64,000 nt of DNA from an uncultured Armatimonadetes bacterium (GTDB lineage: Bacteria; Armatimonadota; UBA5829; DTJY01): positions 64,001 to 128,000 of the forward strand of contig OY970325.1 in the NCBI GenBank assembly GCA_963717145.1, in the 5' to 3' direction. The notes under the pieces are model-generated. The model did not search any database. It worked only from the letters and a program-made list of their open reading frames with translations, and had not been told where the DNA came from. Positions 33,038-43,667 of this stretch are shown piece by piece; the stretch's first letter is position 1, and every line of letters starts with the position of its first letter. The position numbers were made by a program, and so were the translations under genes.

Positions 33038-33471
33038 GTTCCTGCCTGCCTTGGCCCAAGTCGAGAGGCTTGGGCCAGGGCCAGGTCTTTATGGCCGTAA
33101 GCCTTCCCGAGGGTAATGTAGAGTTCCGATGCCTCCCACTCGTGTTTGCCGATGACATCGGAGGGTTGCCAGATAGTCAGCTTGCGCGCCACAGCGATAT
33201 TGGCGAGCACATCTATGGCGTTGCTGTGCTCACGGTACGATCGGAGGAGTTCTGCATCTACTTTCGAGGTGATGACGTTCTCGAGCCGCCCGGTCTGCAC
33301 GTTCGCGAAAATCGCGCCGCCGGCATCGTACGCGACCAGGCCATCGACCATATCCAGGACCCGTGTCCAAGTCTCGGTGGCCAGCGTGTCGGAATATGCT
33401 TCGCGGACAATCTGGGATAGCAGGTCGACTTCATTGCCCCCGAAAAGGCCGGGATTCATGCCGTCTTCCAT
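33025..33471 (-). pseudogene. N-terminal (GAF-like) fragment of a probable LuxR-type regulator, truncated at the segment junction
   Basis: Protein-like up to ...EWEASELY...GHKD, then runs into hairpins; no HTH present. Confidence 0.5.
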
Positions 33472-33828
33472 GCGTCTAATATTATCATCATCTCAGCCGG
33501 ACGTCAAGCGATGCCGCCGCAAATCCTACTTTAGTAGGATGAACACTCCAGCAAGCTCCCTATAATGCCATCAGCTTTTCCATAGTTTGAAGGACAGTGT
33601 AAATGGCGGACTCGCTGTATCATATGTAAGGACGTGGCCAACCTCCCTTCACGACGGATGTGGCTCACATGGCCGCTGACAAACTGGAGACAGCCCGGCA
33701 TGGAGGCCACCAGACCAAGCCGGGCTGTCGTTTTCTGGAATCCGCCGGCGCCGGCCGCAGTGCACCGACGGCCTGTCGCCCCCAGCGGATACAAGAGGAC
33801 GCTCAAACGTCCCGGAAATGGAGGAGAA

Positions 33829-34548
33829 ATGAAGAGACTCTTGTTCCTATGCCTGGGCATCCTCTGCCTAGTGGCTTCAGGAGCAGCCTGGTCCACGCCT
33901 CTGAACGAGTTCAATGAGATCCAGAATGGGGATTTCGGAACAGGGATCCTGTCGCCCTGGCAGGCGGGCGCGGACATCCTGGTCGCCCAGGACGGGCCCG
34001 GTCACGGCTTGGCAGCCACCTGTAAGTCCTCGGGTGTCGATGTCTGGCTCCGTCAGATCGTGGATGATTCCCTGAACCCCTACTGGAACTGGAACTACCA
34101 CGCCAAGAGGATCGATCTGGTCGCCGACATCACCTGGTCGGGGCTCGCACCCGATTCGCTCTCGGGCATCTCGTTCCGCCTGGACTGGTGGGACGAGAGG
34201 TACAATGGCGTTGGGGCTCCTGCGGGACTCCCGTACTATGCGGGGCCGCCCCCGGCGACTTCCGACCCGGCGCTCGGGTACTTCGTGAGCGACTGGGTGA
34301 CCTACAACTTCGCCGGTACGCAGCAGGGCAACTGGACCGTGGTGAACCCGTTCGACCGGTTCACCCTGCCCATACAGCCTCGATGGGTGTCGGTCGAGGT
34401 CAGCTACCTGCAAGCGCCCGGAGAAGCGGTTTGGCTGGACAACGTGCTGCTCACCGCCGAGTGTGTCCCTGAGCCATCCGGCGTTCTGGCCTTGCTTACG
34501 GGGATCGTCCCTCTCGTGTGGTCACGCCGGTATCTCAAGAGGAAGTAG
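33829..34548 (+). CDS. PEP-CTERM surface protein
   Basis: SD GGAGGAG, signal peptide, VPEPSGVLALLTG...RRYLKRK. Confidence 0.9.
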   Translation: MKRLLFLCLGILCLVASGAAWSTPLNEFNEIQNGDFGTGILSPWQAGADILVAQDGPGHGLAATCKSSGVDVWLRQIVDDSLNPYWNWNYHAKRIDLVADITWSGLAPDSLSGISFRLDWWDERYNGVGAPAGLPYYAGPPPATSDPALGYFVSDWVTYNFAGTQQGNWTVVNPFDRFTLPIQPRWVSVEVSYLQAPGEAVWLDNVLLTAECVPEPSGVLALLTGIVPLVWSRRYLKRK

Positions 34549-34800
34549 ACATTCGCGTATCGACTTGCAGGCGTCGCCCGGTGCTGGGGCCGGGCGATGC
34601 CTGCATGGTTCGCAGCATCCGCCTCCCAGCCTGCTACCGCACCATGCTCGACCACACCAGGAGGTGAGGCCTATCTCGTGGCCCAATGTGGCCGCTCAAT
34701 GCAACGAATCTGCTCTACGACAAGCGACTTTCAATCAGTCGGAGTTCGATCCTGTCGCATAGACAGACAGGACGGCCGGCAATGCTAGAAGGAGAAAGAG

Positions 34801-35673
34801 ATGAAGAGATCAATCACGGCTATTCTGGCGGCGATCATGCTGCTGTGCCTGACAGGACTCGCTCAGGCCGACGTCGCGACCTGGGGAGTGGCGACGGTCC
34901 ACGGGACCAACGAGTTCACCATAGGCCCGGGCAACAGCTCGCTTCATTACAATGGACAGGGGTGGACGAACTATGTCTGGTACAACAACAACGGATCGCC
35001 CCCGGGGACGATCGCACAGGGGATGTACGGCGATCGCACAGGGATGAGGACCTTTGCCACTACAAACGTGGCTCACGGGCGGAAGCTGAGCGATCTGAAG
35101 CTGGAGTTCGAATTCCACAACACCCTTGGCGGCTACCCCACCATCAACTTCTTCGTGACGGACGGTCTCGGACATCAGGGCATCTTTGCGCCAACATCGT
35201 CAGGCATCGGAGACGTGGGAGTGATCGACCCCATCAATGGATGGAGCAAGATGACCGTCGACCTCACGCGGACGGACATCTCCCAGACCGCCAACATGGC
35301 CATCTATGAGCACAACGGGCTGTCCAACAACTACGTGTCTCCCTTCACCACTTTCCAGTGGGGCGAGATCAAGGACCTGACCATCGCCGGCTGGTATGAC
35401 TATCAGAGGAGTCCAACCGGCGGTTGGGATGCCTGGGGCACGAACTTCGATGCCGATGATGGCTTGGCGCTGATATGGGGCGACACCGTCAACAGCAACA
35501 ATTCCTATGGGTTACAGCAGCGTGAGATCCGCAACGTCGCAGTATCCTTCGGCGGGACGACCTACGACGCGACGTTTGCCAATTCCACGGTTCCCGAACC
35601 GGGGTCGCTCCTGGTGATGTGCAGCGGTCTCATCGGTTTGGCGGGATGCATGATGAGAAAGCGGCTCCGCTAA
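34801..35673 (+). CDS. PEP-CTERM surface protein
   Basis: Signal peptide, VPEPGSLLVMCSGLIGLAG..RKRLR. Confidence 0.92.
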   Translation: MKRSITAILAAIMLLCLTGLAQADVATWGVATVHGTNEFTIGPGNSSLHYNGQGWTNYVWYNNNGSPPGTIAQGMYGDRTGMRTFATTNVAHGRKLSDLKLEFEFHNTLGGYPTINFFVTDGLGHQGIFAPTSSGIGDVGVIDPINGWSKMTVDLTRTDISQTANMAIYEHNGLSNNYVSPFTTFQWGEIKDLTIAGWYDYQRSPTGGWDAWGTNFDADDGLALIWGDTVNSNNSYGLQQREIRNVAVSFGGTTYDATFANSTVPEPGSLLVMCSGLIGLAGCMMRKRLR

Positions 35674-35747
35674 TGTAAGTGTATGGGCACAAGAAGGCGA
35701 TCCTGCAACAGACAGGACGCCTCTATTCCAAGGAAGAGGAGAGAAAG

Positions 35748-36499
35748 ATGAAAAGAGCTATCGTAGTCATGCTGGCAGCGACCCTGCTGCTGGCAATGGG
35801 GTCCGGCATGGCATCGGCCATTACGGTCACCTTGAATGCGGACACGGCGACGAATGCGTCGGGATCGCCGCTCTGGGCCGCTTACCGCACAGCGGCCTTT
35901 GCTGATGTCGCAGCGGGTACGTTTGTCGACATGCGGAGTGGCACGTATGTAGGACGGAGCATGTTCGAGGCGACTGAAGCCATCGTGTACAGCACCGGTG
36001 ACCTCGGCAAGAGACTCCACTGGTTCTACTGGCTTCCCGGCCAGACCGTCGCCGGCATGAACGGCCTGTTCCAGGTCAAAGACGTCACAGACTGGGACGG
36101 TGTCGATTGGACGTATGACTGGGGCACAGGCACTCAAGTCGAGGATGGTCCGGAAGTCGGCTGGATTCAGCCCGGAAGCTGGATCAACTACAACGGCGGC
36201 GTGATAGGGACCTTCGGCAATGCATACTGGGCGTGGGATGACGCCGCTCTGCCCTATGACACAGGGGGTAACGCGTACAACGAGACCGACGCGGCCGACA
36301 TCCAGGCGCTCGCCGGCATGATGTACGCCAGTCAGACTCACTGGACCGGTGTCGTACGCTTCCGGGAGAGTGTGAATGACCCGTGGGTCGTTCAGAGCAT
36401 GAGGGTCGACATGGTCCCGAGCCCGGCGGTATGGCCGTGCTCGCGACCGGTCTGATCGGGATCGGCGGCGCCTTTCTGAGAAGGCGCAGAGCGATCTAG
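35748..36499 (+). CDS. PEP-CTERM surface protein (1-nt deletion at the VPEP motif)
   Basis: Restoring one base near 36418 gives VPEPGGMAVLATGLIGIGGAFLRRRRAI*. Confidence 0.85.
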
Positions 36500-36532
36500 T
36501 CAGCTTAGGACTGGGGCTGAGCGCAAGAACTC

Positions 36533-36566
36533 GACCGGGCTTGGATTCCAGGCCCGGTCTTCTTTT
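36533..36566 (+). terminator. rho-independent terminator
   Basis: GACCGGGCTTGGA/TCCAGGCCCGGTC stem followed by TTCTTTT. Confidence 0.8.
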
Positions 36567-36647
36567 CGTGTCGCCCAAATTGCCGATGGAACGCATCATA
36601 TGGTATAGTAACCGTCGGTTCACTCTCCTCCCGAAGGGACCGACGAC

Positions 36648-38045
36648 ATGCCCAGTGCTCCTCAGACTCTCATCATCGGCGCAGGACCCGCGGGGATCAC
36701 CGCCGCGAACGAGCTGTCGAAGCACGGCATCTCCGGGATGATCCTCGAGGCAGATGACGTCGTCGGCGGCATCTCGCGGACCGTCGAGCGCGAGGGCTAT
36801 CGCTTCGACATCGGCGGCCATCGGTTCTTCTCCAAATCCCGCGAAGTCAACGACATCTGGACCGAACTCCTCTCCGAGCCGATGCTCACCCGTCCGCGAC
36901 TGTCACGCATCTTCTATCGCAACGACTTCTACGACTATCCTCTGAAGGCGCGCAACGCGTTGGAGAACCTCGGCGTCCTCGAGGCGATGCGGTGCATGTG
37001 CAGTTACGCCGGCGCTCGACTCCGACCGAATCCGTCGCCTGCGAACCTCGAGGAGTGGGTCTCGAATCAGTTCGGGCGGCGGCTCTACGAGATGTTCTTC
37101 AAGGTCTACACGGAGAAGGTCTGGGGCATCCCGTGCACGGCGATCGGCGCTGACTGGGCCGCCCAGCGCATCAAAGGGCTGAGCCTCGGCGCGGCGATTC
37201 GTCATGCCGTCCTCGGGCGAAACGGCAGCGTCGTCACGACTCTGATAGATGAGTTCCAGTACCCGAGGCTCGGGCCCGGGCAACTCTGGGAGGACGGCGC
37301 TCGGAAGGCGGTCGAGAGCGGCTGGTCACTGCGCACGTCGAACCGAGTGACGGAGATCGACGCCAGCGGGGGAGCGGTCCGATCCGTGACGTGCGACGAC
37401 GGTTCGAAGCACGAATGCAGCGAAGTGCTCTCGTCGATGCCACTGAGGGAACTCGTGCTCAGCCTCAATCCCGAGCCGCCCGACGACGTGAAGACCGCCG
37501 CCCGCGAACTGGCGTATCGTGACTTCATCACCGTCGCGCTCGTGGTCGATGCCGCCGATGTATTCCCCGACAACTGGATCTACATCCACTCGCCCGAAGT
37601 CACCATGGGCCGCGTGCAGAACTTCAAGAACTGGAGCCCCGCGATGGTCCCCGATCCGGCGAAGACGTGTCTGGGCATCGAGTACTTCTGCAACGAGGGC
37701 GACGACCTGTGGAACATGCCCGACGACGCATTGATCGATCTCGGCTATTCCGAACTGAAGACGATCAAGCTCCACGGCGGCGACCTCCTCAGCGGGCACA
37801 TCGTCAGGGTGAAGAAGGCGTACCCGGTCTACAACACCGGTTACGCCGAGCGGCTTTCCACCATTCGTCGCTACCTGGATACCATCACCGGCCTCCAGTG
37901 CATCGGTCGAAACGGCCAGCACCGGTACAATAACATGGACCATTCGATGATGACCGCCCTGATCGCCGCGCGAAACATCGCCGGGGACGCCCGAAAGGAC
38001 GCGTGGGCGGTCAATGAGGACGCGGAGTATCATGAGGAAGCTTGA
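36648..38045 (+). CDS. FAD-dependent oxidoreductase (UDP-galactopyranose mutase/HemY-like family)
   Basis: [34 protein letters not shown]. Confidence 0.9.
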   Translation: MPSAPQTLIIGAGPAGITAANELSKHGISGMILEADDVVGGISRTVEREGYRFDIGGHRFFSKSREVNDIWTELLSEPMLTRPRLSRIFYRNDFYDYPLKARNALENLGVLEAMRCMCSYAGARLRPNPSPANLEEWVSNQFGRRLYEMFFKVYTEKVWGIPCTAIGADWAAQRIKGLSLGAAIRHAVLGRNGSVVTTLIDEFQYPRLGPGQLWEDGARKAVESGWSLRTSNRVTEIDASGGAVRSVTCDDGSKHECSEVLSSMPLRELVLSLNPEPPDDVKTAARELAYRDFITVALVVDAADVFPDNWIYIHSPEVTMGRVQNFKNWSPAMVPDPAKTCLGIEYFCNEGDDLWNMPDDALIDLGYSELKTIKLHGGDLLSGHIVRVKKAYPVYNTGYAERLSTIRRYLDTITGLQCIGRNGQHRYNNMDHSMMTALIAARNIAGDARKDAWAVNEDAEYHEEA

Positions 38046-39444
38046 CAGGCCGCGACTGGTACTGGCGCTCATTCTGCTGGTCGCCGCGATATGCCTCAGT
38101 GTGCAGATCGTCGGCCACCAGTATGACCCCGTCATCGCCGATGCCGCGAGCTACAACAGGCTGGCGATCAACCTCCTCGAGAACCATCACTACTCCGGCA
38201 CGTTCCGCATGCTCAACGGTCCCCACTTCATCTATGACAGCATGTACCGCCCGCCCGCGTACCCGTTCTTCCTCGCGGGGGTCTACGGCGTATTCGGGGT
38301 GGACAATCGTCTGGCGGTGTACATCATCCAGGCGATTCTCCTGCTGCTGTCGATCGTTCTCGCCCACAGGATCGCGCTCGCCCTGACCGGCGATTGGCTC
38401 GTCGCGAACCTCACGGCCGCGATCAGCGTCGGGTTCATCGGGTGGCAGGGGCGAATGGTGACCGTCCTCGGCGGTGAGATCCTCGCGCTCTTCACGATAT
38501 GCGCGGCGGTCCTCTGCCTGATCCTCGCCTTACTCAGTGCGCCCCCACCGTCAGTCCTGAGTGCGCCCCCACCGTCTAGTCCTGAGTGCGCCTCTGGGCG
38601 TGTAACGAAGGACGGCCTTGTGGCACTCCGTAGGCCGTCCTTCGTTACACGCCCAGAGGCGCACTCAGGACTAGACGGTGGTAACGGGGGTGGGGTGCGG
38701 CCGTGGATGCTCATCGCTGCCGGACTACTCTACGGACTCTCGACCCTCAACAAGCCGATCCTCCTCCCGGTGATCCCACTCACCGCGCTCGTCGTGTGGC
38801 GATGGAAGGACCTCCGATGGGCCGCCGTGTTCGCGATCGTGTCGATGGCCGTGATCCTCCCATGGACCGCCCACAACTACGCGATCAGCCGGCGGATCGT
38901 GCCCGTCGCGACCGGCCTCGGCTTCAACTTCTGGATCGGCAACTGGCCGCGCTACTACACGGCGGGGTGGGGGGGCAGGACCATGAACGAGGGCCTCCAC
39001 CTCGCCACGCAGGGGAAGCCGACCTGGGACGCCGACCCGATCTTCATGCGCGAGGGCATCTCGTACATCGAGCAGAACCCGCTCCGTGCCTCGCGGATAT
39101 TCTTCCTCAAGTTCGGCCGCACGTGGCTCGGAGACCTCGGGATGTCACCGAGGGAGTCGCCGGACATCGCACTCCGCATCGGCGACTTCGGCATCCCATG
39201 GATGGCATTCTTCATGGTCCCCGCGTTCGTGCTCGGGATCATCGGGATGAAGCGGGCCAAGAGCCCGGGCGCGCTCCCGATACTCATCCTCCTCGCCGTC
39301 TGGACCGCCGGCTACGTCGCCGTCACCGCCGAGCACCGATACACCTTCGCCGTCGCCGAGCTGCTCTTCATCTTCACCGCCGTCCCCCTCGCCGGACTGC
39401 TGGGGAAGGGTGTTGGGTGTTGGGTGTTGGGGTGTCGGGTGTAG
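38032..39444 (+). CDS. ArnT/GT39-like membrane glycosyltransferase with an in-frame palindromic insertion
   Basis: [36 protein letters not shown]; multiple TM helices. Confidence 0.85.
   Translation: MRKLDRPRLVLALILLVAAICLSVQIVGHQYDPVIADAASYNRLAINLLENHHYSGTFRMLNGPHFIYDSMYRPPAYPFFLAGVYGVFGVDNRLAVYIIQAILLLLSIVLAHRIALALTGDWLVANLTAAISVGFIGWQGRMVTVLGGEILALFTICAAVLCLILALLSAPPPSVLSAPPPSSPECASGRVTKDGLVALRRPSFVTRPEAHSGLDGGNGGGVRPWMLIAAGLLYGLSTLNKPILLPVIPLTALVVWRWKDLRWAAVFAIVSMAVILPWTAHNYAISRRIVPVATGLGFNFWIGNWPRYYTAGWGGRTMNEGLHLATQGKPTWDADPIFMREGISYIEQNPLRASRIFFLKFGRTWLGDLGMSPRESPDIALRIGDFGIPWMAFFMVPAFVLGIIGMKRAKSPGALPILILLAVWTAGYVAVTAEHRYTFAVAELLFIFTAVPLAGLLGKGVGCWVLGCRV
38569..38681. repeat. perfect 50-bp inverted repeat (13-nt loop) inside a CDS
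   Basis: 38569-38618 is the exact reverse complement of 38632-38681. Confidence 0.95.
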
Positions 39445-39532
39445 GGTGTTGGGGCAGACTCCCTCTCCGTTGCGGGGAGGGTTGGGGAGGGGTGATCCGG
39501 GATTCCGCATTCCGCATTCGCAATTCCGCATT
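39410..39532. repeat. cluster of heptamer repeats (TGTTGGG)n and (TTCCGCA)n around a CTCCCTCTCC..GGGGAGGG palindrome
   Basis: Directly visible in the sequence. Confidence 0.8.
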
Positions 39533-39735
39533 CGTAGAGTTGCCTACGTCCTGACCGCGTGGTCATGGCCCGGTCGTCCACCCCCGCCGATTCGATTGTG
39601 TAAAGAGCGATCTTACATTCCACATTGTCGGCCCGATTTGAGAAACTCTTTACATTTTTTTCGGGGGAGAGAAGAAATGTGAGAAACCTTCAGGCATACC
39701 AGGTGGAGGGAAGGGGGGTCATAGCAGAGGGGGGA

Positions 39736-40149
39736 TCAGATCGGGAACTCGAAGTTGGGATGTTCCACCCGCAGCACCGCGTTGTACTGCTTCTTGAACC
39801 GGTGACTTCTATTCTGGAGGTCAGTCCCCAGAAGAGGCATCCGCCGGCTGATGACAAAGGCCAGCTTCGGGCAACACCTGGCATCCGCGCTGATCTGCTT
39901 GATCGTCTCCTCGATCTGTTCGAGCGCGTGCTTTACGTCGGACCCTTTGAGTTCAACGTAGTGCTCGACGGCATCCCGAGTGATGATCAACCAGTCGCAC
40001 CGTGGGCCGTCGGTGATGGCGCAACCATCCACGACAATGCGTCGCACCTTGAGCCCCTTTGGGTTGATAAAGAACATATTGCATCGCTTCTCGGCGAGAG
40101 GAATGCGCCGCCTTCGGTCACTATGTTCGCATTTACCGAAGTCGGGCAT
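39736..40149 (-). CDS. small hypothetical protein with PD-(D/E)xK-like motif
   Basis: RCDWLII...HYVELKG.D..HALEQI; starts 2 nt after the ATPase stop. Confidence 0.75.
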   Translation of the reverse strand: MPDFGKCEHSDRRRRIPLAEKRCNMFFINPKGLKVRRIVVDGCAITDGPRCDWLIITRDAVEHYVELKGSDVKHALEQIEETIKQISADARCCPKLAFVISRRMPLLGTDLQNRSHRFKKQYNAVLRVEHPNFEFPI

Positions 40150-40151
40150 AT

Positions 40152-41417
40152 CTACTCCAGTTCCAGGAGATCGCCGAACTGCACTGCGAGGTCGTCAGAT
40201 ACTCGGTCGATCAGTTCCGCCGAGATCAAGCCGGTGTCCGGGTCTATGATCGAGCGCCCGCCTCCCCCTTCGAGGACGTATGCGGCGACGACATCCGGAT
40301 CGAGTCTCTGGGCGGCGGGAACGATGGCGTCGAGTTCCTTGATCTTCTTCTTGGGCAGCGTCTTGGCGAGCGAGCCGGCTTGCATCAGGTTGTTGAAAGA
40401 CGTCAGGATGTATGGGCTGTGGGTGGTGATGATGAACTGCAGAGGAACCCTCGGGACATTGAACACCATGGCCAGTAACTCGACCACACTACGTTGAGCT
40501 GTGGGGAAGAGATGGGCTTCCGGCTCCTCGACGCAGACAGAGTATCCATATTCGGGAAACGCCATATAGGGCAGCAGTTCAAGGACGCGAGCCAGAGGCA
40601 ACATCTCCTGCTGGCCCGAGGAGGAATAAGCTAGCGTAGTAACGCGACCGTCATCCAGCCTGATGAAGTCCTCATCCTTCTGGCGAATATGCTCTCCGCA
40701 CAGAATGGAGCGAACCAACTTACGGATATCGTCCGTCGGCTTCTCTCCAACACGCTTGACGCTATACATGGACTCGGTGCCAATTCTTTCGTAGAAGCTC
40801 CCAAACTCCATTATGAAAGGATCAGCTGTATAACCGCTCTTCATGAGCGAGAACATTCCTTTTTGCACGTATGCAAAGAACGAGCGACCCGCTGGAATGA
40901 ATATCTGATCAGAGAAGGCATCCCAACCTAGCTTATTGGCTATCGTGTTACGCAGGTGCAGATATGCCGGCAGAAACGCTGCGCCAAAGTCCAGTTTGTG
41001 CTCGTCGCTCTCTTCGCCTCGCGGTGGCACTATTCGCCGATGAAACGATCTCAATTCCGTATCGAAGAACTTGGAGTAGTCCAGCTTGAGGCCAGATTCT
41101 GGATCACCATTCCCATGGACTTGTATGAAGCCGTCCCCAAGTTCGTATCTGACCCGGAACTCTCCTGCAGACCAACTGCTTGGCGAGAAGTAGCTCTCGA
41201 ACTTGCGCACAAGCGAAAACCGGAAGTCCTCAATGGGGTCACCGGTATGCCAGACCCCAGCCGAAAGCTGGCCTACGAACCCCTTGAAGTAGTAGAGCAG
41301 TTTGGCGCAGATGCTCTTGCCGACAGCCTGCGGTCCTATCAGAATGTTGATCTTCTTCAGGTCCAGTTCGAGGTGCTCAATCCCGGCAAAGTTGTCGATG
41401 ATCAGTCTTTCGGCCAT
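40152..41417 (-). CDS. ABC-type (AAA_15/AAA_21-like) ATPase
   Basis: Walker A GPQAVGKS, signature SSGQQ, Walker B VEEPEAHLFP, ITTHS; SD GGAGG. Confidence 0.92.
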   Translation of the reverse strand: MAERLIIDNFAGIEHLELDLKKINILIGPQAVGKSICAKLLYYFKGFVGQLSAGVWHTGDPIEDFRFSLVRKFESYFSPSSWSAGEFRVRYELGDGFIQVHGNGDPESGLKLDYSKFFDTELRSFHRRIVPPRGEESDEHKLDFGAAFLPAYLHLRNTIANKLGWDAFSDQIFIPAGRSFFAYVQKGMFSLMKSGYTADPFIMEFGSFYERIGTESMYSVKRVGEKPTDDIRKLVRSILCGEHIRQKDEDFIRLDDGRVTTLAYSSSGQQEMLPLARVLELLPYMAFPEYGYSVCVEEPEAHLFPTAQRSVVELLAMVFNVPRVPLQFIITTHSPYILTSFNNLMQAGSLAKTLPKKKIKELDAIVPAAQRLDPDVVAAYVLEGGGGRSIIDPDTGLISAELIDRVSDDLAVQFGDLLELE

Positions 41418-41539
41418 GGCTACCTCCAGGCAACCCTTCCTTACGCTACACCAATGCTCAATACCCAGTGTCAACCCGTTGCTCAACCGCGATTATATCA
41501 ACTTGCATGGTTGAAAAGCAACATGAAGCACCGGAAGGT

Positions 41540-43393
41540 TCATTCACGGCTCGGCGGCACGAAGTCGAGGAGGGTGACCGCGTTGGTTTCGAGGCGGAAG
41601 GTGTGCTCAAAGGTCGGTGACTTGGTGAGGGGACGGGTCTCGGCGAGTTCGAGTTCGCGGCGGTCGCGGTTGTTCCAGATGTTGCTGTGGTCCTTGTCGA
41701 CGAGATAGCGGTTGAGCGCGCCTCCCTGAAGCTGGGCGGGGAGATTGGCCAGAGTGAGCGTGATGTCCCTCCGCGCGCCGTATCTCTCCGCGAAGTTGAG
41801 GATCAGCACCGTCACGCGGCCCGTCCGTGGGTCGAGGGACGCAATCCCCGCAAGCTCGTCATCCTCCCCTGAGAGCGCGATCCGCTGAGGCGCGAGCATG
41901 TTGAACATCCTACACGTATTCGCGATCGGCTTCGGCTTGTTGCCGCCCATCAGCATCCCCCACGCGCCCCGGAACGATTCGTCGCCGTCCTTCGCCAGGA
42001 AGTAGCACGTCTTGTCGATGCCGCCGGGGATCATCCCCCTGATGACCGACGCCGCGCACCATGCCGCGCCGAGTTCGTTGTCATGCGGGCGGTCGTTCCA
42101 CCAGGCGTAACTCCACTCGGTGAGGATGAACTCGCGGACCTGCGCCTTCACCCTGGGATAGTCCTGCAGGTATCGGCGCGTCGTCTCGGCCTCGTCCTTT
42201 ATCGTGCGCCACTCCTGGAAGTATTCGTGCCAGGTGATGAAGTCGAGCGGCATGCCCGTCGTCTCGCAGTGAGCCATCAGCCCGCGCATGAAGTCCTCGC
42301 CGCGGATGAACGCGGTCCCCTTCTCGGCGTTCCAAGGCCCGGCGGCATTACAAGGGCCACCGACCCACGCCTTCGGGTCAGCGCGCCTCACTCCACGGGC
42401 GCAGGCGTCGTAGAGCTTGAGGTAGGTCTGCAGCAGGTCCTCTCCGGGATTGGGAACGATCCATCCGGCGTTCGACTCGTTCCACACCTCCCAGTACTTC
42501 ACGTATGCCCCGCGCTCGACGTTGCACCGGTGGACCGCCGCGTAGACGAGGTCCTCCCACTCCTTCCAATCCCGCGGCCGGGCATGGCGGTCGGTGTTCC
42601 GAAACGCCTCGATCGCCTCGGGCATGTATGACAGGCAGATGATCGGCTCGGCCCCGATGCTCTTGATGAAGTCGACGCGCCGGTCGAAGTCCTCCCAATC
42701 GTACCCGATCGAGCCGTCGTCGCGCTTCTTCACAACGTTGGTGAGCACGTTGTCCATGCGAAACCACTTGATCCCGATCTCGCGGAACTTGGCCGCGGTC
42801 TCGGGCGAGTAGTCCGGCATCCCGCCGCCCTGCGAGAGTCCGGCGAACGGCTGCACCAGCTTTCCGATGGACTTCGCGCAATCGACGTTGATCGGGAACG
42901 GCTCATTGACGCGCTTGGGATCAACGAGGGTGAAGTCGGACTCGTTCAGCTCGCCGTCGCCCTCGGAGTCGTCGGAGAGGCCCATGAATGCGCGGACGGC
43001 GACCCAGACGTTCTGCCCCTTGCGCGCGCGGTCGGTGAGAAGGATCATGCCCGCGTGGTCGTTGTCGTAGCGCGACTGGAGCTTCCCATTCACGTAGATC
43101 TCGCCGCCGCCGGGGGTATTCCACTTCATGCCGACGGGAAGGCCCTCGGTCGGCTTGCCGTCGAGCGTCTCAGGGATGGCGACGATTCCCCTGAACCATG
43201 CGTATCCCCGGCACTTCCACTTGTAGCCGCATCGGACGGTCTCCCAGCCTGAGTCGTCGAACAGCATCTTCTGCGCGCCGGACTGATCGCCGGGGTGGAA
43301 ACTCCATTCGAGCTGTCGGCCGGGGTTCTCGGCGGTCTGGCCTGGGGACACTATGATGATCAGGATGGCTATGACTGCGATAATTCTGAGCAT
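41540..43393 (-). CDS. secreted GH39-like glycoside hydrolase with N-terminal sugar-binding domain
   Basis: Signal peptide, YWEVWNES, VGGP, LDFITWHEY, LTEW. Confidence 0.85.
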   Translation of the reverse strand: MLRIIAVIAILIIIVSPGQTAENPGRQLEWSFHPGDQSGAQKMLFDDSGWETVRCGYKWKCRGYAWFRGIVAIPETLDGKPTEGLPVGMKWNTPGGGEIYVNGKLQSRYDNDHAGMILLTDRARKGQNVWVAVRAFMGLSDDSEGDGELNESDFTLVDPKRVNEPFPINVDCAKSIGKLVQPFAGLSQGGGMPDYSPETAAKFREIGIKWFRMDNVLTNVVKKRDDGSIGYDWEDFDRRVDFIKSIGAEPIICLSYMPEAIEAFRNTDRHARPRDWKEWEDLVYAAVHRCNVERGAYVKYWEVWNESNAGWIVPNPGEDLLQTYLKLYDACARGVRRADPKAWVGGPCNAAGPWNAEKGTAFIRGEDFMRGLMAHCETTGMPLDFITWHEYFQEWRTIKDEAETTRRYLQDYPRVKAQVREFILTEWSYAWWNDRPHDNELGAAWCAASVIRGMIPGGIDKTCYFLAKDGDESFRGAWGMLMGGNKPKPIANTCRMFNMLAPQRIALSGEDDELAGIASLDPRTGRVTVLILNFAERYGARRDITLTLANLPAQLQGGALNRYLVDKDHSNIWNNRDRRELELAETRPLTKSPTFEHTFRLETNAVTLLDFVPPSRE

Positions 43394-43474
43394 GGTGAAC
43401 CTCCATGGGGGATCGGGATACATTCTATGCGCGGCCGGGGGCGGTGTCAAGGACTGTGCGAAGCATCTGGTTGT

Positions 43475-43572
43475 GTAGGAGGGATTTTCCGGGATGGTTT
43501 GTGCCCGGTAATCCCGAATGACGATGCGATCGGGATTACCGGGCACAAACCATCCCGGAAAATCCCTCCTAC
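43475..43572. repeat. REP/REPIN-like perfect 43-bp inverted repeat beginning GTAG
   Basis: 43475-43517 is the exact reverse complement of 43530-43572. Confidence 0.92.
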
Positions 43573-43580
43573 GCGGAGAC

Positions 43581-43667
43581 AAAAAAAAGAGCCAGAACGG
43601 GGTACAGACGCTGCCCGGACCTGCCCGTTAAGGCCGGCCCCGACGAGTCTCTGTGCCTCACTCTGGC
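43581..43667 (-). ncRNA. candidate small hairpin RNA
   Basis: 5' GCCAGAGUGAGGCACAGA pairs with 3' UCUGUACCCCGUUCUGGC; U8 tract; -10 TACACT 5 nt upstream. Confidence 0.45.

Noticed and set aside
43600-43630. SRP RNA (CAGGTCCGG on the minus strand)
   Set aside because: Lacks the GNRA tetraloop and AGCAG pairing of SRP helix 8.
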